64,000 bases of DNA. Source: an uncultured Nitrospinota bacterium. GTDB taxonomy: Bacteria; Tectomicrobia; Entotheonellia; J063; CAVPRW01. Position 1 is the first letter of the stretch, and every line of letters begins with the position of its first letter. The stretch covers positions 32,001-96,000 of the forward strand of contig CAVPRW010000006.1 in NCBI GenBank assembly GCA_963707985.1, written 5' to 3'. Below the pieces are notes generated by a model. It saw only the letters and a list, made by a program, of their open reading frames with translations. It had not been told where the DNA came from and searched no databases. Positions 40,671 through 51,233 of this stretch are shown here, in pieces. Both the position numbers and the translations under genes were made by a program.

Positions 40671-41049
40671 AGGCATTATTGCGGGGCTTAGGGCAGTGTT
40701 CCGGACTGATGCTCATCCAGAGAAGGGAGGTGCCCATGCGGCATGCTAGCCTCGCCCGGTCGCTCATGCCTATCCCCGTCAACGATCGCGCGGTCCGCTC
40801 CAAATTCCTCATTAGGCGTCAACTCCTCACCCGCCTCGCTCCCCTCCCCCTGGGAAAGAACGTCGCGGGGTGGAATTTTTACATAATCTGACGCCTTACG
40901 CAATTTTGGTGAGGTGGATTTTTTCTCGGCCGCCCTCGTGCTGAGGGGGTCACAGACACGCGCACTCGTGCATGAGCGCACACTGATCCCGCCATGCGGC
41001 AGCGCCTGGGCGCCTGGCTCCAGGAGCCGTGACGGGGGGAGGTATAGAT

Positions 41050-41589
41050 ATGAGCGAGCCCGCATGGGAATCTGCCCGACAGCACCTCATCCGGCTCCTG
41101 CGGGAGCATGCGGTACAGTACGGGCCGGCCACCTTGGCCAGTGGAACGGTGATGGATGTCTTTGTCGATACGTCCCGGGTCACGCTCCTGGGCCATGGGC
41201 TCTCTCTGATCGAGTCGTTACTGGTGCCCCTGCTCGCACATGATCACGTCGATGCCGTCGGTGGCCCGGCGATGGGTGCGATCCCGCTCGTGACGCTCAT
41301 GGCGCGCCACCAGTGGGCTGGGTTTTATGTCCGGCTTCGCGAGCCGACACCTAGGCGGCGCCCGGCGATTGGCGGCATCCCTCCGCAACCAGGCATGTCG
41401 GTCGCCCTTCTCGATGATTTGGCCGCGACCGGAACCTCATTGCTGACCTGCTGTGAGGTCGTTCAGGGGCTCGGCGCGACGGTCGTGAGTCTCTATGCCT
41501 TGGTCGACCGTGAGCAGGGCACGCAAGAGCGGTTTGCCGCCCACGGTCTCCGCTATCGACCGCTGATCACGCTCTCGGAACTCGTATAG
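41050..41589 (+). CDS. Divergent orotate phosphoribosyltransferase-like PRTase
   Basis: TLASG, VGGPAMGAIP, LLDDLAATGTS, ALVDREQG; GGAGG RBS; flexible loop atypical. Confidence 0.75.
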   Translation: MSEPAWESARQHLIRLLREHAVQYGPATLASGTVMDVFVDTSRVTLLGHGLSLIESLLVPLLAHDHVDAVGGPAMGAIPLVTLMARHQWAGFYVRLREPTPRRRPAIGGIPPQPGMSVALLDDLAATGTSLLTCCEVVQGLGATVVSLYALVDREQGTQERFAAHGLRYRPLITLSELV

Positions 41590-42145
41590 CACGCGACGGA
41601 GGGGTGATGATTTCTGTGCCAGGCTCGCATCACCAAAAACGACGCAGAGCCAGGATGTTGTGACGAGCTTTGGATACGTGGGCCGGCGCAGTGGAGCCAT
41701 TGGAAAAGCTTCGGCTTGTACCTGCCTTGGTTCGCTCTCAGGTGATGACTCCCTTGGCTGGAAAGCCCCAGATGGACGATCAAGTACGGCCCCGAAATCG
41801 CACCCAGCTGACACGTTTCCACCCCGTGATGCTGTTGACGAGCGATGAGTTGATCGCGCCTCTTGCATGCACTGATCAAATGCTGGTATAAGGAAGTGGC
41901 ACGCTCTGACCTTTCGTATTATGATTCCATGATCCTTAGCATTGAGGGAAGCGTGGCCATATCGGCGGCGATTCTGGCCACGTGCGGATCATGAGCGCGC
42001 TGCACAGCTTTGACCCAGGCGCGCGCGAAGCCTGTCGACTCCCACGGCTCGGGGACAACCTGGCTTCCTAGTGTTGCCCTAACCCTGGTCACGACAAACC
42101 CCAGTGCTCGTAGCGATCTCCATGCTGTCAAGAATGGGGGTGCTT

Positions 42146-42901
42146 ATGTATGAGACGAACATGTATGAAGGCATGCTGGCGGAAAGTGTCAGCATGCGTG
42201 GCGCTAATGGGGATCATGTGAATGCGTACTTTGCTCGCCCACTGGGCACCGGGAGTTACCCAGGTCTGGTGCTGATTCATTACCTGTTAGGCTGGGATGA
42301 ATGGTACCGGTGGGCGGCTCGGGAGTTTGCCTACCACGGCTTCTTGGCGCTTGTTCCCAACCTCTACGCCCGTGAGGGGAATGGCCCCCCAGAAGACATC
42401 GCAGCTGACGTGCAGGCTGTCGGGGGTATTGCGGACGACCAGGTGATGGGCGATATCGAAGGGGCGCTGCAATATCTGCGCACATTGCCCTATTGCAGTG
42501 GCAAGGTCGGATGTTTCGGAACCGGCTCGGGCGGACGCTATGCAGTGCTTGCCGCCGGTCGCATCGATCGCTTCAATGCAGCCATCGACTGCTGGGGCGA
42601 GGGGGTCGTAATGTCGACAGAGGAGCTCACTCCCAAGCAACCGGTGGCCCCCGTCGATTACACCAAAGACCTGAAGTGCCCACTCCTAGGCATCTTTGGG
42701 GAAGAGGGTCAGGCCCCGAGCTTGGCCCAAGTGGACCAGCATGAAGCCGAGCTGAAGAAGCAGCGCAAGACGTACGAGTTCTATCGATATCCCAACGTCG
42801 ACCATGATTTTATCGACTTTGAACGGCCCTCCTATCGACGGGTGCAAGCTGTCGATGCCTGGCAGAAGATGTTTGAGTTTCTCGATAAATACCTCAGGTA
42901 G
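42146..42901 (+). CDS. Dienelactone hydrolase family protein
   Basis: AYFARP, PNLY, KVG..G.xSGG, PLLG.FG, Y....H.F, A.DAW. Confidence 0.85.
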   Translation: MYETNMYEGMLAESVSMRGANGDHVNAYFARPLGTGSYPGLVLIHYLLGWDEWYRWAAREFAYHGFLALVPNLYAREGNGPPEDIAADVQAVGGIADDQVMGDIEGALQYLRTLPYCSGKVGCFGTGSGGRYAVLAAGRIDRFNAAIDCWGEGVVMSTEELTPKQPVAPVDYTKDLKCPLLGIFGEEGQAPSLAQVDQHEAELKKQRKTYEFYRYPNVDHDFIDFERPSYRRVQAVDAWQKMFEFLDKYLR

Positions 42902-42942
42902 GCCATATCACTCGTCAACCTCATTTAGAAAGGAGCGCGACC

Positions 42943-43263
42943 ATGTGCACCAATATCATGCATCAGGCGGAGATCGAAGGCTGTGGAAAGGGCGTGAAAG
43001 GCTGGTTTAACCTGAGTGGACTCAGAGTGTCGTATGACTGTCCTTACCATATCGAGCTGGATCATTCGGTGAACATTGATTTCGTCAACGAGGCGAAGGG
43101 CCCCGGCGCGCGGGTAGCGGTCGAGCTCACACCGGAATCGGCGCGGGCACTGGCACAGGCGATCCTCGCGGCGTTAGACGAGGCAGAAGAGGATGGATGG
43201 CTAGCCGAGGCGGGCGAAAACGTGTATGGGCATGGTACCCTCGAACAGGCTCACGCCCGTTGA
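42943..43263 (+). CDS. DUF6295-like protein
   Basis: MCT.I...I.G.GKG..GWF...VSYD.P.H..L.H..NIDF.NE..GP.ARVAVEL...SAR.L. Confidence 0.7.
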   Translation: MCTNIMHQAEIEGCGKGVKGWFNLSGLRVSYDCPYHIELDHSVNIDFVNEAKGPGARVAVELTPESARALAQAILAALDEAEEDGWLAEAGENVYGHGTLEQAHAR

Positions 43264-43515
43264 GGCAATTCTCGCAGCCGCGAAGGAGGTCCATGGGGCG
43301 TCGGTGGTTGTCCAACGCCCTAGACCTCCTTCGGGTGCTTAGGGGTGAGGAGGTGACACGCATGCTCTGGTCGGGATGGTCGACCAGAGCATGCGTGTCA
43401 CGATCAACTTGGTGAGGCTCCCCGCACAGACATGAAGCGTTGACAACCATGGTGGAGTGTTCTACCGTAGCGCAGGGTTCAGCATATGCCTGCGCTCTCA
43501 GGTGGAGGACATTCC

Positions 43516-44913
43516 ATGCCAGTCAACGATTTCGTAGCGGAGCGACCGCTTAGCCAGCTTGAGCTTATGGGTCACCTGTTCAGGCGCGCTGGCTTTGGCG
43601 CCAGCCGCGACGAACTTGAAGTTGCGCTCGCGAAGGGATACGAGGCCACGCTCGAAGAGCTGCTCCATCCCGAGCATGCACCAGACCTCGAGGAAGATAT
43701 TCTTTTTCGCTCCTTCCCAGATTTTCATGAGACCCGCAAAGTAGACGTCGCGGCGGCGGCGTGGGTATGGCGTATGATCCACACACAGCGCCCGCTGGAG
43801 GAGAAGATGGTGCTCTTCTGGCATTGCCTGTTCGCGACCGGGAACTCCAAGGTCGAGAGCCCTCTCCAGATGGCGAGCCAGATCACGACCTTCCGCCGTG
43901 TAGCGCTCAGCGACTTTCGAACGATCCTGCTCGAGTTGTCGAAAGATCCCGCCATGCTCTTCTGGCTGGACAACCAACTCAATACGAAAGACGTCCACAA
44001 CGAAAATTACGGGCGTGAGCTGCTCGAACTGTTCTCCATGGGCATCGGCACCTATACCGAGGAAGATGTCAAGAATTGCGCACGCGCCTTTACCGGCTGG
44101 ACGTTCAAAGAAACGATTCCGGGTGTCAAGCCCTACGGCCGCTACCGCTGGGCCTTCGATTTTCGCCCGGACCTCCACGATGACCAGGAGAAGGAGTTCC
44201 TTGGCGAATGTGGGCCCTTCGACGGTACGGATATCATCGACGTCATCGTGCGCCAGCCTGCGACGGGCCGATTCCTCGCGAAGCGCCTGTATCTCTTTTT
44301 TGTTGCCGACCACCCCGATCCCGACGCCATCGACTACCTCGCCTCGGTGTATCATACCTCGCAGTACGACATCCGGGCCATGCTGCGGGCCTTGTTCATG
44401 TCGCCATTCTTCCGCTCGGAACGAGCCTACTACGCCAAGGTCAAAAGCCCAGCCGAGCATGTCGTCGGCATCATGCGACTCGTCGGCGATTATGCGTCGC
44501 CCAAGCCGGGATTTGGCGACATCTCTCTGGAATGCCGTTACATGGGCCAGGACCTCCTGAACCCGCCCAGTGTCGAGGGTTGGCACATGGGCAAGGAATG
44601 GATCGATACCGGCTGCCTGGTCGAACGCGTGAATTTCGGCGCCAAACAGCTCGGGGATATCACTCAGCCGGGCGTGCAGCGCATCATCGAGCGCCTGCAG
44701 AGTCAGGGCGAGTTATCCCCAGAACACTTCGTCGACGGCTGCCTCGACCTGCTCGGCCCCCTGACTGTGAAGGCGAAGACGCGTGCGGCGCTGGTCAAAT
44801 TCGTCAGTCAGGGTGGTCCCCTGCACTTCGACGAGGGGGATCATGCGGCAGAGCAGCGTGTGGGTGAGTTGCTGTCGCTGATCGCGTCGACCCGCGAATT
44901 CCAGATGGCATAG
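43516..44913 (+). CDS. DUF1800 family protein
   Basis: HL.RRAGFG, EKM.LFWH, DPAML.WLDN, NENYGRELLELF.MG, ARAFTGW, KVKSP.E, MGQ.L.NPPSV.GW. Confidence 0.9.
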   Translation: MPVNDFVAERPLSQLELMGHLFRRAGFGASRDELEVALAKGYEATLEELLHPEHAPDLEEDILFRSFPDFHETRKVDVAAAAWVWRMIHTQRPLEEKMVLFWHCLFATGNSKVESPLQMASQITTFRRVALSDFRTILLELSKDPAMLFWLDNQLNTKDVHNENYGRELLELFSMGIGTYTEEDVKNCARAFTGWTFKETIPGVKPYGRYRWAFDFRPDLHDDQEKEFLGECGPFDGTDIIDVIVRQPATGRFLAKRLYLFFVADHPDPDAIDYLASVYHTSQYDIRAMLRALFMSPFFRSERAYYAKVKSPAEHVVGIMRLVGDYASPKPGFGDISLECRYMGQDLLNPPSVEGWHMGKEWIDTGCLVERVNFGAKQLGDITQPGVQRIIERLQSQGELSPEHFVDGCLDLLGPLTVKAKTRAALVKFVSQGGPLHFDEGDHAAEQRVGELLSLIASTREFQMA

Positions 44914-44959
44914 CCGGGATATCGCTCCCCTCCGTTCCTCACAGCAAGGAGATTTGACG

Positions 44960-46129
44960 ATGACGATGGCCCCTAAACCACCCACGCTGGTGGTGCTGCA
45001 GCTCACCGGTGGCAACGATGCTCTGAATACGGTTGTCCCCTATGGCAACTCGCACTACTATGACCAGCGTCCGACGGTGCGGATCCCCGAGGATCAGGTC
45101 CTTCCCATCGACGATGACTACGGCTTCCACCCCAGCATGGCTGCGCTCAAACCATTCTGGGACCAGGGGCATATGGCCATCGTCAGCGGCATCGGCTATC
45201 CCAAGCCGGACTATTCGCATTTTCGTTCGATGGACATCTGGTACACTGCCCAACCCGAGACCATGGCAACCGATGGCTGGCTCGGCAAGTTGGTGCGCGA
45301 CCTGGACCCGCGAGCCGACAACGTGTTGACTGCCGTGAGCTTCGGTCGCGGATTGCCGCGAGCGCTGTCGCTGGCCGGTGTGCCGGTGGCTTCGGTGGCG
45401 GAATTGGACTCTTACGGACTGCTGACAAACCTGTCGAGCGTCCAACGCCAGGCTGCGCTCGAGGTGTTCTCGTGGATGTACGACGATGGATGGAACGACC
45501 AGGGCCTGCCACCCGTGCCAGCGCGGCAGCCCCCTGATCCCGTGGGCGAGGTGCTGCGCTACATGGGGCAAACCGGCCTCGACGCCCAGAAAGGCGCCGC
45601 CATCCTGCGCACCGCGGTGGAAAAGTATCACTCTTCAGTGAACTATCCCAAGACGTCGATCGGTCGGAGCCTTCGCGGTGTGGCCCAGGTGAAATTTGCG
45701 GATCTCGGGACGCGTGTCTTCTACACAGCACATAACGGCTTCGACACTCACGGGACCCAGCTGGGAGTCCATGCACAGCTCTGGCGCGAGGTCTCCGAGG
45801 CCGTCGCTGTGTTCTTCGAAGACCTCCGAGCTCACAACGCGGCCGATGACGTGATCATGCTGCTGTGGTCCGAGTTCGGCCGTCGCGTGCGCGACAACGG
45901 CTCAGGCACGGACCACGGGGCCGGCGGTCTCGCCTTCGTGCTCGGTGATGCGGTCAAGGGAGGCATGTACGGAGAATATCCCTCTCTGCGCGACGGCAAC
46001 CTGACGCTGGGCAATCTCACCTACACGAACGACTTCCGCTCGACCTACAGCACGATCCTGGAACACTGGTTCCACGTCGAGGCCAAACCCATCGTCAACG
46101 GCACCTTCGAGCCGTTTGCATTCGTGTAG
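44960..46129 (+). CDS. DUF1501 family protein
   Basis: LVVLQL.GGND.LN.VVP, SHFRSMDIW, GFDTH, SEFGRR..DNGSGTDHG, DFRS.Y. Confidence 0.9.
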   Translation: MTMAPKPPTLVVLQLTGGNDALNTVVPYGNSHYYDQRPTVRIPEDQVLPIDDDYGFHPSMAALKPFWDQGHMAIVSGIGYPKPDYSHFRSMDIWYTAQPETMATDGWLGKLVRDLDPRADNVLTAVSFGRGLPRALSLAGVPVASVAELDSYGLLTNLSSVQRQAALEVFSWMYDDGWNDQGLPPVPARQPPDPVGEVLRYMGQTGLDAQKGAAILRTAVEKYHSSVNYPKTSIGRSLRGVAQVKFADLGTRVFYTAHNGFDTHGTQLGVHAQLWREVSEAVAVFFEDLRAHNAADDVIMLLWSEFGRRVRDNGSGTDHGAGGLAFVLGDAVKGGMYGEYPSLRDGNLTLGNLTYTNDFRSTYSTILEHWFHVEAKPIVNGTFEPFAFV

Positions 46130-46152
46130 TCGAGGCGCCAGCGGGAGGCAGG

Positions 46153-47122
46153 ATGAGCGTCGCCGTTGCGAATCCCTATCGCTATCGCCAGACGATCGGC
46201 ATGTTCGTCGAGTTCGGACGCGGCATGAGCAATCCGTACGATGTGGCGCCGACTGGAGATGGGCGGCTGTTCGTGCTCAGCCGCTCGAACATCTTCGACG
46301 CGCCGGTCGGGGGCTTGCGCATCGGCATCGTCACCCTGGACGAGGACTACCTTGGTGAGTGGGGCGCATACGGGACCGGACCCGGACAACTCGTCTGGCC
46401 CAACTCGATGGTGCTCGATCCGCATGGACGACTGCTGATTAGCGACGAGTGGCGCCACGATGTGCAATGCTTCGACCAGGATGGCACCTTGATCCACAAG
46501 TTGGGGTGGTCCCGGCACCGAGGATGGCCGCTTCAACCGTGCCGCCGGCATTGCCTTCGACTCCGAAGGGAACGTCATCGTGGTCGATGCCGGCAACCAT
46601 CGCGTGCAAAAGTTCGACCTGGACGGTCGCTTCGTAAAGAAGTGGGGCTCTTTTGGGAGCGGCGCCGGTCAACTCAACATGCCCTGGGGTGTCGCAGTGG
46701 ATGCAGCGGACCATGTCTACGTATCGGACTGGCGTAACGATCGCCTCCAGGTGTTCGACGCTGACGGCCGCCATGTGGCGACGATCGGCTCGTCAGGGAC
46801 AGGCGACGGCCAGTTCCGCAGGCCGGCGGGCATCAGCATCGATCGCACCGGACACATCATCGTGGCGGACTGGGGGAACGAGCGGGTGCAAATCTTGCGA
46901 CCTGACGGCTGCACCTGGCGACGCTGCATGGCGACGCCACCCTCTCCAAGTGGGCACGGGACTTCATCGAGGCCAGTCCGGATGTGGCCGCCAAGCGCCA
47001 GAGTGCGACGGACCTTGAGGCCGAAAAGCGCTTCTGGGGCGCCGTCTCGGTGCGGGTCGATGACGCCGGTCGGCTCTACGTGGTCGAACACTCTCGACAC
47101 CGTATCCAGTAATCCAGATTGA
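46153..47122 (+). CDS. NHL-repeat beta-propeller protein (frameshifts near 46505 and 46912)
   Basis: Repeated G.G.GQ...P.G..VD....YV.D..N.R.Q.FD.DG. Confidence 0.8.
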
Positions 47123-47170
47123 CGAGCGCGGCTGAAGCCGCATCGCAACTCATGAGAAGGAATAGAACGC

Positions 47171-48715
47171 ATGAATGGAGCAGAAAGCCTGGTACGCACA
47201 TTGGTTGGTGGCGGGGTGAACGTCTGTTTCACCAACCCTGGCACGTCTGAAATGCATTTCGTGGCGGCTCTCGACAAGGTCGAGGGCATGCGCTGCGTCC
47301 TGGCGCTCTTCGAAGGCGTGGTGACGGGCGCGGCCGACGGCTATTGGCGCATGCGCGAGAGCCCAGCAGCGACGCTCCTGCACTTAGGACCAGGGCTCGG
47401 AAACGGGCTGGCCAATTTACATAACGCCAAGAAGGCGAACTCCGGGATCGTCAACATCGTGGGTGAGCACGCCTCCTATCATATCAAGTACGACGCGCCC
47501 CTGACCGCGGATATCGAGGGGATCGCACGGCCCGTATCACACTGGGTCAAGACCTCCGCAGAGGCGAAAATGGTGGCAGCCGATGGGGCCGAGGCCATTG
47601 CCGTGGCCTCGACGCCGCCCGGGCGCATCGCCACCCTGATCCTCCCCGGTGATACGGCCTGGAATGAGGCGAGTGGCCCGGCACAAGTGCCCCTCATTCC
47701 CAAACGGCCAAAAGTTGCAGATGAGACGGTTCGACAGGCTGCCCAGGCTCTGGCGCAGGGCCCCGGCACGATGCTCCTACTGGCCGGCGAGGGGGTGCGA
47801 GAACGGGGGCTGGCGCTGGCTGGCGCCATTGCCCAAAAGACCGGGGCGCGGCTCCTGGGGCAGGGTTCCAACGCCCGCGTGCACCGTGGTGCCGGGCGCG
47901 TACCCGTGAACCGGTTGCCGTATCCAGTACCCCAGGCAGTCCAGGTGCTCAAGGATGTGCAACGTTTGATCCTGATCGGTGCCAAAGCACCGGTGGGCTT
48001 TTTTGGTTATCCCGATCAGCCGAGCGTGCTCACCCCGGAAGGATGCGCCATCTCGACGCTCACCACTCCGGAGGAAGACGCCATCGATGCCCTGGAGCGA
48101 CTCGCGGATGCCGTGGGCGCCGCGCTCAAGGATGCACCACTACAGCAACCCTTCAAGCCAGACATGCCGTCGGGTGCACTTGATCCGGAGAAAATCGGCG
48201 CCATTCTCGGGAACCTCATCCCAGAGCAAGCCATCGTGGTCGATGAATCGGTGACCACGGGACGCGGCTTCTACCCTCTCACCGCTGGCGCACCGCCCCA
48301 TGATTGGTTACAGAATATGGGCGGATCGATCGGCTACGGCATGCCGGTGGCGGTTGGCGCGGCGGTCGCCTGTCCGGACCGCAAGGTCCTTGCCCTCATT
48401 GGAGATGGTAGCGGGATGTACACGGTGCAGGCGCTCTGGACCATGGCCCGTGAAGGGCTAGACGTCACGGCGGTGATCTGGGCCAACCGCACCTATCAGA
48501 TCCTCAAGGGTGAGTTCAATAACGTCGGAGCCGGCAAGCCGGGCCAGAAGGCCAACGACATGCTCGAAATCGGTCGTCCGGACCTCGATTGGGTCGCCTT
48601 GGCCACAGGCATGGGCGTTCCCGCCAGCCGAGCGGCTAACTGCGAGTCCCTAACCAGGCAATTGGAACGCGGCATGGCAGAGGCTGGGCCGCATCTGATT
48701 GAGGTGGTCTTGTGA
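47171..48715 (+). CDS. Thiamine-diphosphate enzyme, acetolactate synthase large subunit-like
   Basis: CF.NPGTSEMHFV, LFEGV.TGAADGY, GDGSGMYTVQALWT...N (TPP motif). Confidence 0.9.
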   Translation: MNGAESLVRTLVGGGVNVCFTNPGTSEMHFVAALDKVEGMRCVLALFEGVVTGAADGYWRMRESPAATLLHLGPGLGNGLANLHNAKKANSGIVNIVGEHASYHIKYDAPLTADIEGIARPVSHWVKTSAEAKMVAADGAEAIAVASTPPGRIATLILPGDTAWNEASGPAQVPLIPKRPKVADETVRQAAQALAQGPGTMLLLAGEGVRERGLALAGAIAQKTGARLLGQGSNARVHRGAGRVPVNRLPYPVPQAVQVLKDVQRLILIGAKAPVGFFGYPDQPSVLTPEGCAISTLTTPEEDAIDALERLADAVGAALKDAPLQQPFKPDMPSGALDPEKIGAILGNLIPEQAIVVDESVTTGRGFYPLTAGAPPHDWLQNMGGSIGYGMPVAVGAAVACPDRKVLALIGDGSGMYTVQALWTMAREGLDVTAVIWANRTYQILKGEFNNVGAGKPGQKANDMLEIGRPDLDWVALATGMGVPASRAANCESLTRQLERGMAEAGPHLIEVVL

Positions 48716-48720
48716 GAGGC

Positions 48721-50058
48721 TTACCCGCGCGTCGCCTCGATCGCCCCTTCCTCCCAGATACTATGATGGCGCGTCTCTGGCATGACGAAGAGGGCAATTA
48801 GGAACATGAGCAACGGCAGCCCGATGGGATACGCCAGCGCCCATCCCAGGCTGTTCGTGGACAGATAGACCGAGGTCGTGATGATCGGCACCAGACCGCC
48901 TCCCCAGCCGTTGCCGATGTGGTACGGCACCGACACCGATGTGTAGCGGATGCGCCCAGGGAAGAACTCTGCTAAGAAGGCCGCGATGGGGCCATAGGTC
49001 ATCCCGACATAGTTGACCAGGACCGCCACGAGAAGGACCGCCATTGGATAGTTGGCGCTGGTGGGATTGGTATAGTGGCCGAGAGCGAGGTAGAGGGGGT
49101 AGTACGTCAAGGACGCCAGCAGCATGCCACCCAGGATGATCGGCTTCCGGCCGATCTTGTCGGAGAGCCAGCCCCAGAAGATCAGTGTCGGCGTGGCGAT
49201 CAACAACGCGAGTCCGACAATGTAGCTGGAGGTGAGCACGTCGAGCCTTTGCACCGTCTGGAGGAAATACAGCGCCCAGAACTGGCTGCTGTACCAGACG
49301 CATCCCTGCCCCAGGACGACCACGCTGGCGATCAGCACATATTTCATGTTGCGACTCAGGAAGGCCTCGCGCCAAGGATTGCTCGCGGTCTGCCCCTTCG
49401 CCTTGATCTCCTGGAAGATCGGGGTTTCCTGCAGCGACAGCCGGATATAGATGGCCACCGCGACGAGCAGGAGTGAGATGATGAACGGGATGCGCCAGCC
49501 CCACTCGGTGAAGGCGTCATTACCCAGATAGGTGCGCGTGCTGATGATCACGGCCAGCGAGAGGACGATCCCAAGGGTGGGCGACGTCTGGAGCCAGCCG
49601 GTGTAATACCCGCGCTTCTCGTCCGCGATGTGCTCGGCCACGTAGGTGATGGCGCCGCCGTACTCCCCACCGAGGCACAGGCCCTGAATCAGACGGAGGA
49701 CGAAGAGGATGACGGCCGCCGCCAGACCGATCTGGGCATACGTCGGAATCACGCCGATCACGGCGGTCGACAGCCCCATCCCGCTCAGGGTGACGAGGAA
49801 CGTATATTTGCGACCCACTTTGTCCCCGAGCCAACCGAACACGAAGGCCCCGAGCGGACGGATCAGGAATCCAATCGAGAAGAGCGCGATGGTGCTGAGG
49901 AACGCGGCCACCGGGTGGCTCTTCTCGAAGAACTTGACCGCGAGGATCGAAGCCAGGCTGCCGAAAATGTAGAAGTCGTACCACTCGATGATGTTGCCGA
50001 CGGCTGCGGCGATGACGACACGGCGGAGTTCTTTCAGCGAAATATAAGGCGCTGGCAT
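48721..50058 (-). CDS. MFS transporter, metabolite:H+ symporter family
   Basis: EWYDF, GDKVGRK, GGEYGGA, WGWRIPF, ETP.F, LSDKIGRK. Confidence 0.9.
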   Translation of the reverse strand: MPAPYISLKELRRVVIAAAVGNIIEWYDFYIFGSLASILAVKFFEKSHPVAAFLSTIALFSIGFLIRPLGAFVFGWLGDKVGRKYTFLVTLSGMGLSTAVIGVIPTYAQIGLAAAVILFVLRLIQGLCLGGEYGGAITYVAEHIADEKRGYYTGWLQTSPTLGIVLSLAVIISTRTYLGNDAFTEWGWRIPFIISLLLVAVAIYIRLSLQETPIFQEIKAKGQTASNPWREAFLSRNMKYVLIASVVVLGQGCVWYSSQFWALYFLQTVQRLDVLTSSYIVGLALLIATPTLIFWGWLSDKIGRKPIILGGMLLASLTYYPLYLALGHYTNPTSANYPMAVLLVAVLVNYVGMTYGPIAAFLAEFFPGRIRYTSVSVPYHIGNGWGGGLVPIITTSVYLSTNSLGWALAYPIGLPLLMFLIALFVMPETRHHSIWEEGAIEATRG

Positions 50059-50569
50059 ACGTTCCCCTCCCTTGTTAGGGGTTTCGCGTCGATTACTGAG
50101 AGCGCCTTCGAGGTGCACTCCCCGTGTTCAGCATGGCGACCCCGCCACGCTCACCGCTGCCACCACGTGGGTACGTGGTGGTATGGCTCCCTCCAATGCT
50201 CGCGTCATGATGGCTACCACCGCCATCCGTAACATACTCCCATGATGCGCGATGAGCAATACTCCTATAGATGAGGCGGAATCCACCATGTTTGGCGAAT
50301 ATTGAATGTTCTCAACGCCTGCCCCCGTCTCTCGATTTGCTCATCAACGTGCAGGATTGCACCTACACCTCTCTTCTAGAATGGCAAGCGATTGTCCTCG
50401 ATAGGAGTGTGCAGCTCATCTGACGTGTGGCAGGGACTGGAATAAACCAGCAGGGAATCATCTCTTCATCAGTACAAGCCTCGTACGAGAGGGAAAGGCT
50501 GCCAGCATCTGGAGGAAACTGCTATGTGGCCGACTCTGGAATACTCTACCAACACGGTGGAGGCACGCC

Positions 50570-50713
50570 ATGCGGGTGGTATTGCTCCTCATGGTCTTAG
50601 GCATGTCAGCCTGCACGGCTCCGAGTCACTCCAGCTCGAATCCCTCAGGCATGCCCTCTGAAGGGGGGGATACAGGACCAAAGCACTCAGGGAATGGTGG
50701 GAATGGCTATTGA
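50570..50713 (+). CDS. Putative small lipoprotein (47 aa, below ORF-track cutoff)
   Basis: GGAGG RBS; MRVVLLLMVLGMSAC lipobox then Ser/Gly-rich tail. Confidence 0.5.
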   Translation: MRVVLLLMVLGMSACTAPSHSSSNPSGMPSEGGDTGPKHSGNGGNGY

Positions 50714-51233
50714 GACGCCACCCCCTCGGTTGCGGCGGCATGCACTCTCGCCCACGGCTGCTGAAACGCACAGGCATGATAAGGAGGGTTCCGGCTCCTC
50801 CCGTAGATGGCCCCGGCGCGACGTCACCAGGTGTGGTCAGTTCTAGACAGTGCCCGTCTTGGTAGGACATTCAAATGGATACAGACATGAGGGATGGGCG
50901 ATGCGCCTCCCGACTGATGATTCCCGCACACCTCGCCCGTCTGCGCTCGCTGGCCTTGTTGGACATCCTCAGCGGTTTCACGCTTCTCCAGGGAGACCCC
51001 ATCTCGGCATAGTCTTTGCCGTACACCCTTAGGCAACGCTCAGGCAAGTGCTCTTCGCGGACTACATGGGACACTCACGTCTCATCGGACACGGGAGCAT
51101 GGACAGCGTCGTGGTCCCTGGCGGATCCATCACGATCCCCGGACACGACCCCACCCTCATTAGCCACCTGGACTCATCGCACGTGACAGGTGGGCACACC
51201 TAATGACGACTCTGGTGACATAGGTGCCTCAAG

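Noticed and set aside
40736..40891. RiPP precursor interpretation of the small ORF ending GWNFYII
   Set aside because: No radical SAM, YcaO, LanM, peptidase or exporter gene nearby
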